From Nostoc punctiforme PCC 73102 (GTDB lineage: Bacteria > Cyanobacteriota > Cyanobacteriia > Cyanobacteriales > Nostocaceae): a DNA stretch of 32,000 nucleotides. The stretch lies in NCBI RefSeq assembly GCF_000020025.1, contig NC_010628.1:4860001-4892000 (forward strand). Reading direction: 5' to 3'. The notes under the pieces were generated by a model. That model worked only from the letters and a program-made list of their open reading frames with translations. It did not search any database and had not been told where the DNA came from. Below are positions 1 through 9,163 of the stretch, in pieces (the first letter of the stretch is position 1; every line of letters begins with the position of its first letter). A program made the translations under genes and the position numbers.

Positions 1-28
1 TTTGCGTTGTTTTTCTTCATAAAATTTT

Positions 29-1009
29 ATGTTTCCTACACACCGCCCCCGTCGTCTGCGTACCCATCCTCAACTGCGCCGGATGGTTCGTGAAACTGTT
101 TTAACAACAAGCGATTTAATTTACCCATTATTTGCCGTACCAGGTGAGGGAATCGCTAATGAGGTTAAATCCATGCCCGGAGTCTACCAACTTTCGGTAG
201 ATAAAATCGTTGAAGAAGCAAAAGAAGTTTACGACTTAGGAATTCCTTCTATTATTTTATTTGGTATTCCGGCTGATAAAGATGTAGATGCAACTGGTGC
301 TTGGCATGATTGCGGTATCGTCCAAAAAGCAGCGACGGCGGTAAAAGCAGCAGTGCCAGATTTGATTGTAATTGCTGATACTTGTTTGTGTGAGTACACT
401 AGCCACGGTCATTGTGGTTATCTGCAAGTTGGTGATTTAACAGGAAGAGTTTTAAATGACCCAACTTTGGAATTGTTGAAGAAAACGGCAGTTTCTCAAG
501 CCAAAGCCGGTGCTGATATTATCGCGCCTTCTGGGATGATGGATGGGTTTGTGCAAGCAATTCGTCAGGGTTTGGATGAAGCAGGATTTCAAGACACGCC
601 GATTTTGTCTTATGCTGCTAAGTATGCTTCAGGTTATTATGGCCCATTTCGGGATGCCGCAGACTCGACACCGCAATTTGGGGATAGAAGAACTTACCAA
701 ATGGATCCAGGTAATGCGCGCGAAGCAATTAAAGAGATTGACTTGGATATCGCTGAAGGTGCTGATATGCTCATGGTTAAGCCAGCCTTAGCATACATGG
801 ATATTATCTGGCGGGTGAAAGAAGCGAGTAACTTACCAGTTGCGGCTTACAATGTTTCTGGTGAGTATGCGATGGTGAAAGCTGCGGCTCTCAATGGTTG
901 GATTGATGAAGAGCGCGTAGTTATGGAAACTTTAACTGGGTTTAAACGGGCTGGTGCAGACTTGATTTTGACCTACCATGCCAAAGATGCGGCGCGATGG
1001 TTAAAATAG
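29..1009 (+). CDS. hemB: porphobilinogen synthase (delta-aminolevulinate dehydratase)
   Basis: 326-aa ORF. It has the N-terminal HRPRRLR motif, the cysteine-rich metal site [14 protein letters not shown] and the active-site lysine context MLMVKPA, all typical of HemB. Confidence 0.95.
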   Translation: MFPTHRPRRLRTHPQLRRMVRETVLTTSDLIYPLFAVPGEGIANEVKSMPGVYQLSVDKIVEEAKEVYDLGIPSIILFGIPADKDVDATGAWHDCGIVQKAATAVKAAVPDLIVIADTCLCEYTSHGHCGYLQVGDLTGRVLNDPTLELLKKTAVSQAKAGADIIAPSGMMDGFVQAIRQGLDEAGFQDTPILSYAAKYASGYYGPFRDAADSTPQFGDRRTYQMDPGNAREAIKEIDLDIAEGADMLMVKPALAYMDIIWRVKEASNLPVAAYNVSGEYAMVKAAALNGWIDEERVVMETLTGFKRAGADLILTYHAKDAARWLK

Positions 1010-1040
1010 TCTAGGCATATTCAATACCGATTTACTGGGA

Positions 1041-1098
1041 AATCTCACGCAGAGGCGCGAAGACGCAGAGTTGTGTTTTGGTGTTTGGGCGTGAGATT
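1041..1098 (+). terminator. candidate hairpin downstream of hemB
   Basis: 10-bp inverted arms AATCTCACGC (1041-1050) and GCGTGAGATT (1089-1098), followed by a T-rich tail (ctttgttt). The 38-nt loop is large, so this could instead be a dispersed-repeat fragment. Confidence 0.25.
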
Positions 1099-1151
1099 CT
1101 TTGTTTACGCCTAGTGCGATGTCTGTGGCGGCTACGCCTAGACCAGCAATA

Positions 1152-1425
1152 TAGATTAGACCATAACTCTTGTCTGACATCCTTAACAATTTCACTAATT
1201 TCTTCTAGCGTGGGTTGATTACGATCGGGTTCTAAATCTTCTAAGCCTTGCAGAAATTCATCTGAATCTACATTCGGTTTCCTAATTTTTTTTCAACACA
1301 ATTTCATCTTCTGTAACCGATACTTCATACTCAATAAAGGGCTGAAGCTGTCCTAACACTTCTGGAATTTATAGCTTTCCATCAGCAGTTACTTTGGCAA
1401 TAACAGCTGTTTCCATAATTTTCAT
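1152..1425 (-). pseudogene. decayed AbrB/SpoVT-type antitoxin-like gene
   Basis: Minus-strand reading from the ATG at 1425 gives MKIMETAVIAKVTADGKL, then an in-frame TAA (1371-1369), then IPEVLGQLQPFIEYEVSVTEDEIVLKK. After an 8-nt homopolymer (1286-1293) the sense continues in another frame as KIRKPNVDSDEFLQGLEDLEPDRNQPTLEEISEIVKDVRQELW. The 3' boundary is approximate. Confidence 0.45.
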
Positions 1426-1944
1426 ATTTGAGTCCGATTGAAATTTATCTTTTTATTTGTGGCATTTGGCTGAAGCGTAGACAAAGAGTTACATACAGTC
1501 GCTACAAATATTTTTAACCGAACCATATTGTCATCCATTCTACAAAGGTAAATACATCTTAAATAGCCCAAAAACTTAAGATAAACAACGTTTTTAATTG
1601 TTCTACAATAGGCATATTTAATTATTGCTACAAAAAATTTTTACTCTGGTGTGACTGGGATTAAGTTAGTATCTTTCAGTCCGGAAGTGTCGAATGTATT
1701 TTATACATTCACTCTAAGTTTTATTACATAAATAAATCAGCAGATTTGCCAGAGGGTGAGGCGATCGCTCATAAAACCTCTAAAATCTAAATTAAATAGC
1801 TTTGATATAGTTATGGCAATTACTCGCTCTATGTTTGGGGCAGTTCGTTTGAAAAACCCAATCTCTAACTAGTGCGATCGCTCACCGTATTTGCGACAGC
1901 AGCACGATAAAATTCTAAAACCATAATCGTACTAAAAGGTCTAA

Positions 1945-2928
1945 ATGGCAGAAACACTATTCTTCAACGCCTTACGCGAAGCCATTGATGAAGAAATGGC
2001 CCGTGACTCCAGCGTATTCGTTCTCGGTGAAGACGTAGGACACTACGGCGGTTCCTACAAAGTTACCAAAGACCTGTACCAAAAATATGGCGAACTCCGC
2101 ATTCTAGACACCCCCATCGCTGAAAATAGCTTCACTGGTATGGCAGTAGGGGCAGCCATGACAGGGTTGCGTCCCATCATCGAAGGCATGAATATGGGCT
2201 TTTTATTGCTCGCCTTCAACCAAATATCCAACAACGCTGGGATGCTGCGCTATACTTCCGGCGGTAACTTTAAAATTCCGATGGTAATTCGCGGCCCTGG
2301 GGGTGTTGGAAGGCAGCTAGGTGCAGAACATTCCCAACGATTAGAAACTTACTTCCAAGCAGTGCCAGGCTTGAAGATTGTTGCCTGCTCCACACCAAGA
2401 AACGCCAAAGGACTACTAAAATCAGCTATCCGCGATGATAACCCCGTGTTGTTCTTTGAACACGTTTTGCTTTACAACTTGAAAGAAGATTTACCAGAAG
2501 AAGAATATTTACTACCCTTAGATAAAGCCGAAGTTGTGCGCCAAGGAAAGGATGTCACAATTATCACTTATTCTCGGATGCGGCATCATGTGCTGCAAGC
2601 GGTAAAAACACTTGAAAAACAAGGTTACGATCCAGAAGTTATTGATTTAATATCCCTCAAACCCTTGGATTTTGATACAATTGGTGCATCAGTACGCAAA
2701 ACCCATAAAGTCATCGTGGTGGAAGAATCAATGCGAACTGCGGGTATTGGAGCAGAAGTCATCGCTTCAATAAACGATCGCTTATTTGATGAATTAGATG
2801 CGCCAGTACTGCGGCTTTCTTCTCAAGATATCCCCACGCCTTACAACGGCAATCTGGAACGACTAACAATCATCCAACCAGAGCAAATCGTAGAAGCTGT
2901 GGAAAAAATGGTGGCGTTGCGGGTTTAA
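1945..2928 (+). CDS. pdhB: pyruvate dehydrogenase E1 component beta subunit
   Basis: 327-aa ORF with the transketolase-like pyrimidine-binding region ([21 protein letters not shown]...[23 protein letters not shown]) and the C-terminal transketolase domain typical of PdhB. Confidence 0.93.
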   Translation: MAETLFFNALREAIDEEMARDSSVFVLGEDVGHYGGSYKVTKDLYQKYGELRILDTPIAENSFTGMAVGAAMTGLRPIIEGMNMGFLLLAFNQISNNAGMLRYTSGGNFKIPMVIRGPGGVGRQLGAEHSQRLETYFQAVPGLKIVACSTPRNAKGLLKSAIRDDNPVLFFEHVLLYNLKEDLPEEEYLLPLDKAEVVRQGKDVTIITYSRMRHHVLQAVKTLEKQGYDPEVIDLISLKPLDFDTIGASVRKTHKVIVVEESMRTAGIGAEVIASINDRLFDELDAPVLRLSSQDIPTPYNGNLERLTIIQPEQIVEAVEKMVALRV

Positions 2929-2930
2929 GA

Positions 2931-3066
2931 GAATAGGGAATAGAGAAGAGATTCAACTACTACTTCTCACTTCCCATTCATGACTTAGGGAGTAGGGAAT
3001 AGGGAAGAAATTCAACTACGACTTCCCACTCTCAACTTCCCACTCCCTATTTCCCATTCATAACTC
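2931..3066. repeat. imperfect tandem duplication of a 60-75 bp hairpin-forming unit in the pdhB-secD spacer
   Basis: Copy A (2931-2985) and copy B (2991-3065) share tagggaatagRgaagaRattcaactacKacttcYcac...ttcccattcatRact. Each copy pairs a gggaatag-type arm with a cttcccac/ccctatttccc-type arm. Confidence 0.7.
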
Positions 3067-3090
3067 CTCAAAAGAGCGCTATTATAGCGT

Positions 3091-4524
3091 TTGTCAGTTG
3101 CGAGTTATGGTATGCAAAGACAGCGATCGCTATTAATTTTGATTTTAGTCCTGATAATCGCCGCTTTTACGGTGATTGCGACAATTCCGATACCCCTGGG
3201 ACTGGACTTGCGGGGAGGCTCACAGCTAACAATTCAGGTGAAACCATCAGCAGAAATTCCTAAAATCACCGAACGAGAATTGGAAGGTGTGAAGAGAGTT
3301 GTCGAAGGTCGGATTAATGGTCTAGGTGTTTCTGAGCCAGTGATCCAAACAGTTGGCTCAGATAAAATATTGGTACAATTGCCAGGGGTCAACGATCCAG
3401 AGCAAGCCGAACGAGTGCTAGGGGGTACAGCACAGTTAGAATTTCGTACCCAAAAGCCAAATACAGAAACTCAACTGCTTGCTTTCCAAGCATCTAGAGC
3501 CGAATTGAAAGCCAAGCAAGAAGAGTTGAGAAAGAGTACTGACAAAGCAGCGATAGCTAAGAATCAAGAAGATTTACAAAAAAATAATCAAGCGATCGCA
3601 GAATTGTTTGAAAGCACCAATCCACCACTAAGTGGCAAATACCTCAAGGATGCCTATGGTGAACCCACTCAAGGTAAAAACTGGCATGTTACCATTCGTT
3701 TCGACCAAAAGGGTGGTGAACTGTTTGCCAATTTGACGAAAAATCTTGCTGGTACTGGGCGGGCTATTGGTGTTTTTCTAGACAATGAACTAATCAGCGC
3801 TCCTAGTGTGGGTATAGAATTTGCTGCCGCAGGTATTACTGGTGGCTCTGCCATAATTACAGGACGGTTTACCGCACAAGAAGCTAATGACTTGGGTGTA
3901 CAACTACGTGGTGGCGCATTACCCGTACCGGTAGAAATCGCAGAAAGGCGGACAGTAGGGGCAACATTAGGTAAAGATAGTATTCAAAGCAGTATTTATG
4001 CTGGAGTTGGTGGTCTGACTTTAGTATTAATATTCATGGTGGTTTACTATCGATTACCAGGATTGATTGCGGATGTGTCACTAGTAATCTATTCCCTCTT
4101 AACTTGGGCAACCTTTGCTTTATTGGGTGTCACCCTAACTTTGCCGGGAATTGCTGGTTTTATCCTCAGTATTGGGATGGCGGTTGATGCCAATGTCCTA
4201 ATTTTTGAACGGACACGGGAAGAATTACGAGCAGGTAAATCTCTGTATCGTTCAGTAGAATCTGGTTTTTACCGAGCATTTTCTAGTATTTTAGATAGCA
4301 ACGTCACTACATGGATTGCTTGTGCTGCCCTGTTTTGGCTGGGGTCTGGTTTAGTCAAAGGTTTTGCTCTTACCTTAGCTTTGGGGGTGGCTGTGAGTAT
4401 GTTTACCGCAATTACTTGTAGTCGGACATTGCTGTTTTTGGCAATTTCAATTCCCTCCTTGCGGAAGACAGAACTTTTCTGTCCAAACCTGCCAACATCG
4501 AATAAGGCAGAGGTGACTCCATGA
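3091..4524 (+). CDS. secD: protein translocase subunit SecD
   Basis: 477-aa ORF with an N-terminal TM helix, the periplasmic domain motif LGLDLRGG and a C-terminal six-TM block ([22 protein letters not shown]). The 3091 start is TTG. The ATG at 3112 (MQRQRS...) is a plausible alternative. Confidence 0.93.
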   Translation: MSVASYGMQRQRSLLILILVLIIAAFTVIATIPIPLGLDLRGGSQLTIQVKPSAEIPKITERELEGVKRVVEGRINGLGVSEPVIQTVGSDKILVQLPGVNDPEQAERVLGGTAQLEFRTQKPNTETQLLAFQASRAELKAKQEELRKSTDKAAIAKNQEDLQKNNQAIAELFESTNPPLSGKYLKDAYGEPTQGKNWHVTIRFDQKGGELFANLTKNLAGTGRAIGVFLDNELISAPSVGIEFAAAGITGGSAIITGRFTAQEANDLGVQLRGGALPVPVEIAERRTVGATLGKDSIQSSIYAGVGGLTLVLIFMVVYYRLPGLIADVSLVIYSLLTWATFALLGVTLTLPGIAGFILSIGMAVDANVLIFERTREELRAGKSLYRSVESGFYRAFSSILDSNVTTWIACAALFWLGSGLVKGFALTLALGVAVSMFTAITCSRTLLFLAISIPSLRKTELFCPNLPTSNKAEVTP

Positions 4525-5507
4525 AACTGAGTATTAATAAATCGCGATCGCTTTGGTGGACTATTTCTGCTGCGATTATTCTTGCCGGTATCATCTCAAT
4601 GGTGATTTCTTGGCAACAACCCAATATTCACGCACCCTTACGCCCCGGTTTAGATTTTATCGGTGGTACAAGGTTACAGTTTGTCCGAGATTGCACTAAA
4701 CCTGGCAATTGCGACAAACCAATTAATATCAATGCTGTTCGGGAAGTTGCAAAAGCACAGGGACTCGGTGATAGCAGCATTCAACTTATCTCCGAAAATG
4801 GTGCAGAAAATGGTGTACTAATTCGGACAAAAGATTTGACTGTCGATCAGCGCACCAAGTTGCAAAATTCTTTAAGCGAAGAAATTGGGGTTTTTGATCC
4901 GCAGAAAAATCAAATTGACTCCGTTGGTCCTACCTTGGGAAAAGAACTCTTGAGGTCTGGGCTATTAGCTCTGATAGTTTCCTTCATCGGTATTACTATC
5001 TATATGAGCTTCCGCTTCCAGTTAGATTATGCTGTGTTTGCGATCGTTGCCCTATTTCACGATATCTTAATCACAGTTGGGGCTTTTTCAATTTTGGGTT
5101 TGGTAGCGGGCATCGAGGTAGATAGCCTTTTTATCGTCGCCTTACTGACCATTACAGGTTTCTCAGTCAACGACACAGTGGTGATTTACGATCGCATTCG
5201 AGAAACCATTAAAATCAATCCTGAACACCCAATTGCCGAAATTGTCGATGATGCGGTTAACCAAACTCTGACAAGATCGATCAACACGACCTTAACCGTG
5301 CTGCTGACATTAACTTCTATCTTTCTATTTGGCGGAGAAACACTGAGATATTTCGCTCTAGCTTTGATTATTGGGTTCACGATGGGAGCTTATTCAAGTA
5401 TTTTCATCGCCAGTACTCTCCTTACTTGGTGGCGAGAAAGGGATGAATCCCAAGTGGTAGAAAGCGTAGAGCCGATTGATACATCCGCCAGTTCTCAGGA
5501 TAGTTAA
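4521..5507 (+). CDS. secF: protein translocase subunit SecF
   Basis: 328-aa ORF whose ATG overlaps the secD stop (ATGA at 4521-4524). It carries the LDFIGGT motif and the SecF TM block ([16 protein letters not shown]). Confidence 0.93.
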   Translation: MKLSINKSRSLWWTISAAIILAGIISMVISWQQPNIHAPLRPGLDFIGGTRLQFVRDCTKPGNCDKPININAVREVAKAQGLGDSSIQLISENGAENGVLIRTKDLTVDQRTKLQNSLSEEIGVFDPQKNQIDSVGPTLGKELLRSGLLALIVSFIGITIYMSFRFQLDYAVFAIVALFHDILITVGAFSILGLVAGIEVDSLFIVALLTITGFSVNDTVVIYDRIRETIKINPEHPIAEIVDDAVNQTLTRSINTTLTVLLTLTSIFLFGGETLRYFALALIIGFTMGAYSSIFIASTLLTWWRERDESQVVESVEPIDTSASSQDS

Positions 5508-5578
5508 ACTTGGTGCATTTCACAATTGGGTTAAAGCATTTTAAATTGCTCACCTATGCTTTGGAATTTTATTCTTCT

Positions 5579-5992
5579 ATGGATCAACCTGAAGAACCAT
5601 TAATCCCTAATCCAGAATTTGAGAACTCTGACGCATCCTTTATTCGACAAGTACAAAGGCTACACAAACTGACAGTATACGGTAGATGGTTATTTGTCGG
5701 CTGTTTGTGGCTCACCATTGCGCCTGTTAGCTTGTGGGGTCTACGTGCAGAAATTTCTCTCTGGCAACAATATTTTACCTGGGTAGCGGTGCGATATGGA
5801 CTTTTCTACCATCCACTATCTACCTTCGGTTTAGCCTTTTGTATTGGGATGACTGCTGCTGTTTTAGTTTGGCAAAGTCGGAATATCTTATTTGGAATAC
5901 CACAGCCGGAAAAACAGCGTTTAGAAAAACAAGTTTATCGGATACGTCAGCAGGGGCCAAGTCATCCTCTGTGGAAGTGGGTTTGCCATTAA
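5579..5992 (+). CDS. hypothetical membrane protein downstream of secDF
   Basis: The ORF is open from the TTG at 5510, 2 nt after the secF stop. The first ATG is at 5579 (MDQPEEP...). It has about three hydrophobic, Trp-rich segments and no motif I recognise. Confidence 0.6.
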   Translation: MDQPEEPLIPNPEFENSDASFIRQVQRLHKLTVYGRWLFVGCLWLTIAPVSLWGLRAEISLWQQYFTWVAVRYGLFYHPLSTFGLAFCIGMTAAVLVWQSRNILFGIPQPEKQRLEKQVYRIRQQGPSHPLWKWVCH

Positions 5993-6089
5993 TTTTTCTT
6001 TCTCGTTGCATATACATATACACGTAGAGCAATTTTTAGCAAAATATGGCTTAAATATACAAAGATATTGCCAAAAGTGGATGCCATAA

Positions 6090-6560
6090 ATGAACGAGTC
6101 TCAGATTCAATTTAGCGATTGCAAGTCTGAAATTGACCTTTACCAACTCCAAGAACTGTTAAATGTTTCAGCTTTCTGGGCAAAGGGACGCAGTATTGAA
6201 GATTTAGGTATAGCTATTGCCAATAGTGAACCAGTAATTTCTGTCTGGGATAGGGATCGACTCATTGGCTTTGCTAGAGCAACATCTGATGGCATATATC
6301 GCGCCACAATTTGGGATGTTGTCATTCATCCAGAGTATCAAAGTAGTGGGTTGGGAAGCAATTTAGTGAAAACTGTTTTGAGTCATCCCCGCATGAGACG
6401 AGTTGAGCGCGTTTACCTGATGACTACTCACCAGCAGGGATTTTACAAAAAGATTGGTTTCCAGCCTAACACCACCACTACGATGGTGTTACACAATCGA
6501 GCTAATCTTGCTTTGGTTCAGGCTACAGAAGTTCAGCTTCAGGAATCACTAGGGGGATAG
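6090..6560 (+). CDS. GNAT family N-acetyltransferase
   Basis: 156-aa ORF with a GNAT acetyl-CoA-binding core (IWDVVIHPEYQSSGLGSNLVKTVL, then GFYKKIGF). Confidence 0.88.
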   Translation: MNESQIQFSDCKSEIDLYQLQELLNVSAFWAKGRSIEDLGIAIANSEPVISVWDRDRLIGFARATSDGIYRATIWDVVIHPEYQSSGLGSNLVKTVLSHPRMRRVERVYLMTTHQQGFYKKIGFQPNTTTTMVLHNRANLALVQATEVQLQESLGG

Positions 6561-7461
6561 AGATTTGTAGTCTGGTAATCTCCTGATGTGGTTCCTTGGC
6601 AATGGTCGAAGGCAGAATTTCTAACTTTCCTCCCATAACTTCCACTAAAGTCTGATTGATTAATAGTCTCATTCCTGGGGAAAAAGCAGCCTTTTGATCG
6701 ATTTGGATCTGCTGCTCATCAGATTTGAGCAAATCAATCGGCTCGCTCGAGGGTATCGCATGAGTTGGAACATCCAGCCAGATGTTTACAAAATTATTTG
6801 TAGGTAAGATATTGCTGGAAATACAAATACTGCCTTCCTCCATTTGAGTAATGGCAGTGTCTATTAAACCGATCAATATTTGGCGGAGCCAGAGATAATC
6901 TGCCAAAACATAAATTTCTGGGTCGGCGGGTAACAATTGCAAGGGAAAATTGCGATTAGCCGCCAGCATATAAGTTAATTTATGAACCTCTTCCAAAATT
7001 TGGGCTAACGGTCGGGGCTGAATATCTAATTTATTAGTACCGTGTTCCGTTCTCGCAACGGTGAGAATTTCATCTATCAGCTTGAGTAGCTTCAACGTTC
7101 GTTCGTGAGCTTGGCCAATAAATTCTCGTTCTTCAGCCGGATCGTCACATAAATCTGACAAAATTAATTGATGCAAGCCAATCAAACCATTGAGAGGCGA
7201 TCGCAATTCATGGGTAGTTCGTGCCAAAAAACCAGCTTTAAACTGGCTCATTTCCCTTGCCATAAAGTATGCCAGCTGCGTTTGCTGTAGCTGTTGTGAT
7301 ATTGGTGGCATCTCCTCTCGATCTAATGGCGCTATTAGGGATGAACTAGATGAAACATTTTGCGATGCCTGCGACGAGCGTAGCCATCGCAAAAATAACC
7401 TATAAAAAATCATACCTAGTGCGAGTCCTGCTCCTAGATATATCCAGTTGCTCCAATTCAT
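6523..7461 (-). CDS. membrane-anchored histidine-kinase-like protein with a degenerate ATP-binding domain
   Basis: 312-aa ORF with one N-terminal TM helix and an intact HisKA H-box (FLARTTHELRSPLNGLIGL). The positions expected for the N, G1 and G2 boxes read LIGLIDTAITQ, WLDVPTHAI and SPGMRLLINQTLVEVMGGKLEI. Confidence 0.8.
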   Translation of the reverse strand: MNWSNWIYLGAGLALGMIFYRLFLRWLRSSQASQNVSSSSSLIAPLDREEMPPISQQLQQTQLAYFMAREMSQFKAGFLARTTHELRSPLNGLIGLHQLILSDLCDDPAEEREFIGQAHERTLKLLKLIDEILTVARTEHGTNKLDIQPRPLAQILEEVHKLTYMLAANRNFPLQLLPADPEIYVLADYLWLRQILIGLIDTAITQMEEGSICISSNILPTNNFVNIWLDVPTHAIPSSEPIDLLKSDEQQIQIDQKAAFSPGMRLLINQTLVEVMGGKLEILPSTIAKEPHQEITRLQISIPLVIPEAELL

Positions 7462-7559
7462 AATTTGGCAATTATTAACTTGTTAATTGACCACAACAGC
7501 GCAGCCTAAAGTTCCAGATTTGTCTGTTGTGATAATCAGCGAAACAACATTATAGCTAC

Positions 7560-8168
7560 CTATATGTGTTTATCACTCGAAAAATCTAACTTTATCGCAC
7601 CTTGTCGTAAAATCTGCCAATTTATGCCTGTCCATTTAGCAACGGTGGAAGGTATACCCATTGCTGCTGTTTCACCCTGACATTCTGTCGTTGCTAAAGT
7701 CAAAACCTGGGGAAACTGAGTCTCAATTTCTGCCATCGTTTGCAAAGGTGGCTGACCGGAAAAATTAGCGCTAGTGGTAGCAAGGGGGCCTGTTTGCGCC
7801 AAAATAGTTCGAGCGATCGCACTATTCGGGACTCGAATACCAATTGTTGTCGGATCGATCGGGTTCATAACTTTTGGCAGGCGTTCACTTGCTGGCAACA
7901 CTAATGTCAGCCCTCCTGGCCAATGTTTCCCAACGAGTTCTTGCCAAACTTTATACTCGTTTTCACTACCTTTAACATAGAGCCACAAATCTTCAGCACT
8001 AGCAGCCATCAAAATCAAAGGTTTGTCTTGACTGCGTTGCTTCGCCGCAAAAATTAACCCGGCTTTTTCTGGTATCGCCGCAAGTGCAGGAACAGTGTCA
8101 GTAGGAAAGCTCACCAAAAGACCAGCCCGTGCGCCAGCTATTAGATTTGTTAAAGAAACTTGTGTCAT
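7560..8168 (-). CDS. tsaC: L-threonylcarbamoyladenylate synthase (Sua5/YrdC/TsaC family)
   Basis: It carries the motifs VSFPTDTVPALAA, IRVPNS and TSANFSG. I place the start at the ATG at 8168 (MTQVSL...). The longer track ORF reaching 8237 runs through a heptamer repeat. Confidence 0.88.
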   Translation of the reverse strand: MTQVSLTNLIAGARAGLLVSFPTDTVPALAAIPEKAGLIFAAKQRSQDKPLILMAASAEDLWLYVKGSENEYKVWQELVGKHWPGGLTLVLPASERLPKVMNPIDPTTIGIRVPNSAIARTILAQTGPLATTSANFSGQPPLQTMAEIETQFPQVLTLATTECQGETAAMGIPSTVAKWTGINWQILRQGAIKLDFSSDKHI

Positions 8169-8189
8169 TTTTATGGGTAAAGGTATAGA

Positions 8190-8240
8190 GCATGGAGCAT
8201 TTTCCCTATGCGCTATGCCCCATGCTCCATGCCCCATACC
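8190..8240. repeat. heptamer tandem repeat plus 11-bp inverted repeat in the prmC-tsaC spacer
   Basis: On the minus strand the run reads ATGGGGC ATGGAGC ATGGGGC ATAGCGC ATAGGGA (about 8205-8240). GCATGGAGCAT (8190-8200) is the reverse complement of ATGCTCCATGC (8222-8232). Confidence 0.7.
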
Positions 8241-8247
8241 CTATTTC

Positions 8248-9138
8248 CTAACTTTTGTAGGCAAGGGCAAAGCGTTCAATTCCAGCTAAATCAGCGTGAA
8301 TTTGAATCTTACAATAACTACCTTGACTTTGCAAAAGTTCTCGCACTGCATCCGCCTGTCCTGCCATCATTTCAATTAACCATACACCGCCAGGTTGCAA
8401 ATAACTAGGGGAAATTTCTATCAAATGGCGAATACAATCTAAGCCATCAGCGCCACCATCCAAAGCTAGATGTGGTTCATGGTTAACTACTTCTGGTTGC
8501 AGGCTAGATAAGGTACTGGTGGGTATGTAAGGGGGGTTCGACACCATACCACTGAACTGACCTTTGAGAAATGTCAGTGGCTCCCACCAGGAACCTTGAT
8601 AAAATTTAATCCGGTCAGCAAAACCTAAATTACGGGCGTTGGCTTGGGCGATCGCTAAAGCTTCTAAACTGTAATCAACAGCATGAATTGTTGCTTTTGG
8701 CAAAACATCTGCTAATCCGATGGCGATCGCTCCACTCCCAGTACCCAAATCCGCCCAATATCCTGATACACCGCTAGCAGCTGCTAAAGCTAAATCAATT
8801 AAGCATTCTGTCTCTGGTCTGGGAATCAATACTGCACTTGACACCGCGATTTGAAAGTTACGCCAAGGTGTCACTCCGGCAATATATTGTACTGGTAGGC
8901 GATCGTTTAATCGCCTCTGCCATAGCTGGTCTAACTTTTCTAGAGGTAATTGCAGCTGAATTTGCGGCCAGTTTTTAAAAGACTCCAAACGCAGTGCCAA
9001 GCGGTCTAACCCAGCAACTTCTAAGAGCAGCCAATCTACCTCCATTGTTGGGACATCAGTGGCGATCGCTGCTTCAAGGGCTGCATTTCGCCACTGCCAA
9101 AGTTGTAAACCAGAAACTATCAGATGCTTTTCCCCCAT
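8248..9138 (-). CDS. prmC: peptide chain release factor N5-glutamine methyltransferase
   Basis: 296-aa ORF with the SAM-binding motif DLGTGSGAIA and the catalytic NPPY (GMVSNPPYIP). Confidence 0.92.
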   Translation of the reverse strand: MGEKHLIVSGLQLWQWRNAALEAAIATDVPTMEVDWLLLEVAGLDRLALRLESFKNWPQIQLQLPLEKLDQLWQRRLNDRLPVQYIAGVTPWRNFQIAVSSAVLIPRPETECLIDLALAAASGVSGYWADLGTGSGAIAIGLADVLPKATIHAVDYSLEALAIAQANARNLGFADRIKFYQGSWWEPLTFLKGQFSGMVSNPPYIPTSTLSSLQPEVVNHEPHLALDGGADGLDCIRHLIEISPSYLQPGGVWLIEMMAGQADAVRELLQSQGSYCKIQIHADLAGIERFALAYKS

Positions 9139-9163
9139 CCCTCAACCTTGGAGTACATAACCG

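Noticed and set aside
543-791. ORFs nested inside or antisense to confidently called genes. Examples: 543-791, 3669-3854, 4412-4624, 5186-5380, 5734-6027, 6140-6325, 7190-7405, 7774-7980, 8994-9200, 10948-11172, 11192-11512, 14486-14821, 14596-14799, 15298-15504, 16343-16637, 16781-16975, 20321-20593, 21070-21291, 21991-22206, 22867-23280, 25123-25359, and all + strand ORFs within 29592-31699.
   Set aside because: Each lies wholly within a longer ORF that has clear family motifs. Their translations are low-complexity or Arg/Ser/Cys-rich, as expected for out-of-frame or antisense reading. None has its own ribosome-binding site context that I could see.
1001-1195. 64-aa minus-strand ORF abutting the hemB stop
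   Set aside because: It is stitched together from the tail of the decayed antitoxin-like gene in a different frame and from the repeat/hairpin at 1041-1098. It overlaps the hemB stop and has no credible protein features.
8095-8408. Two + strand ORFs (8095-8289 and 8208-8408) across the prmC-tsaC junction
   Set aside because: They are generated by the heptamer repeat (reading MPHAPCPIP and similar) and are antisense to prmC and tsaC.
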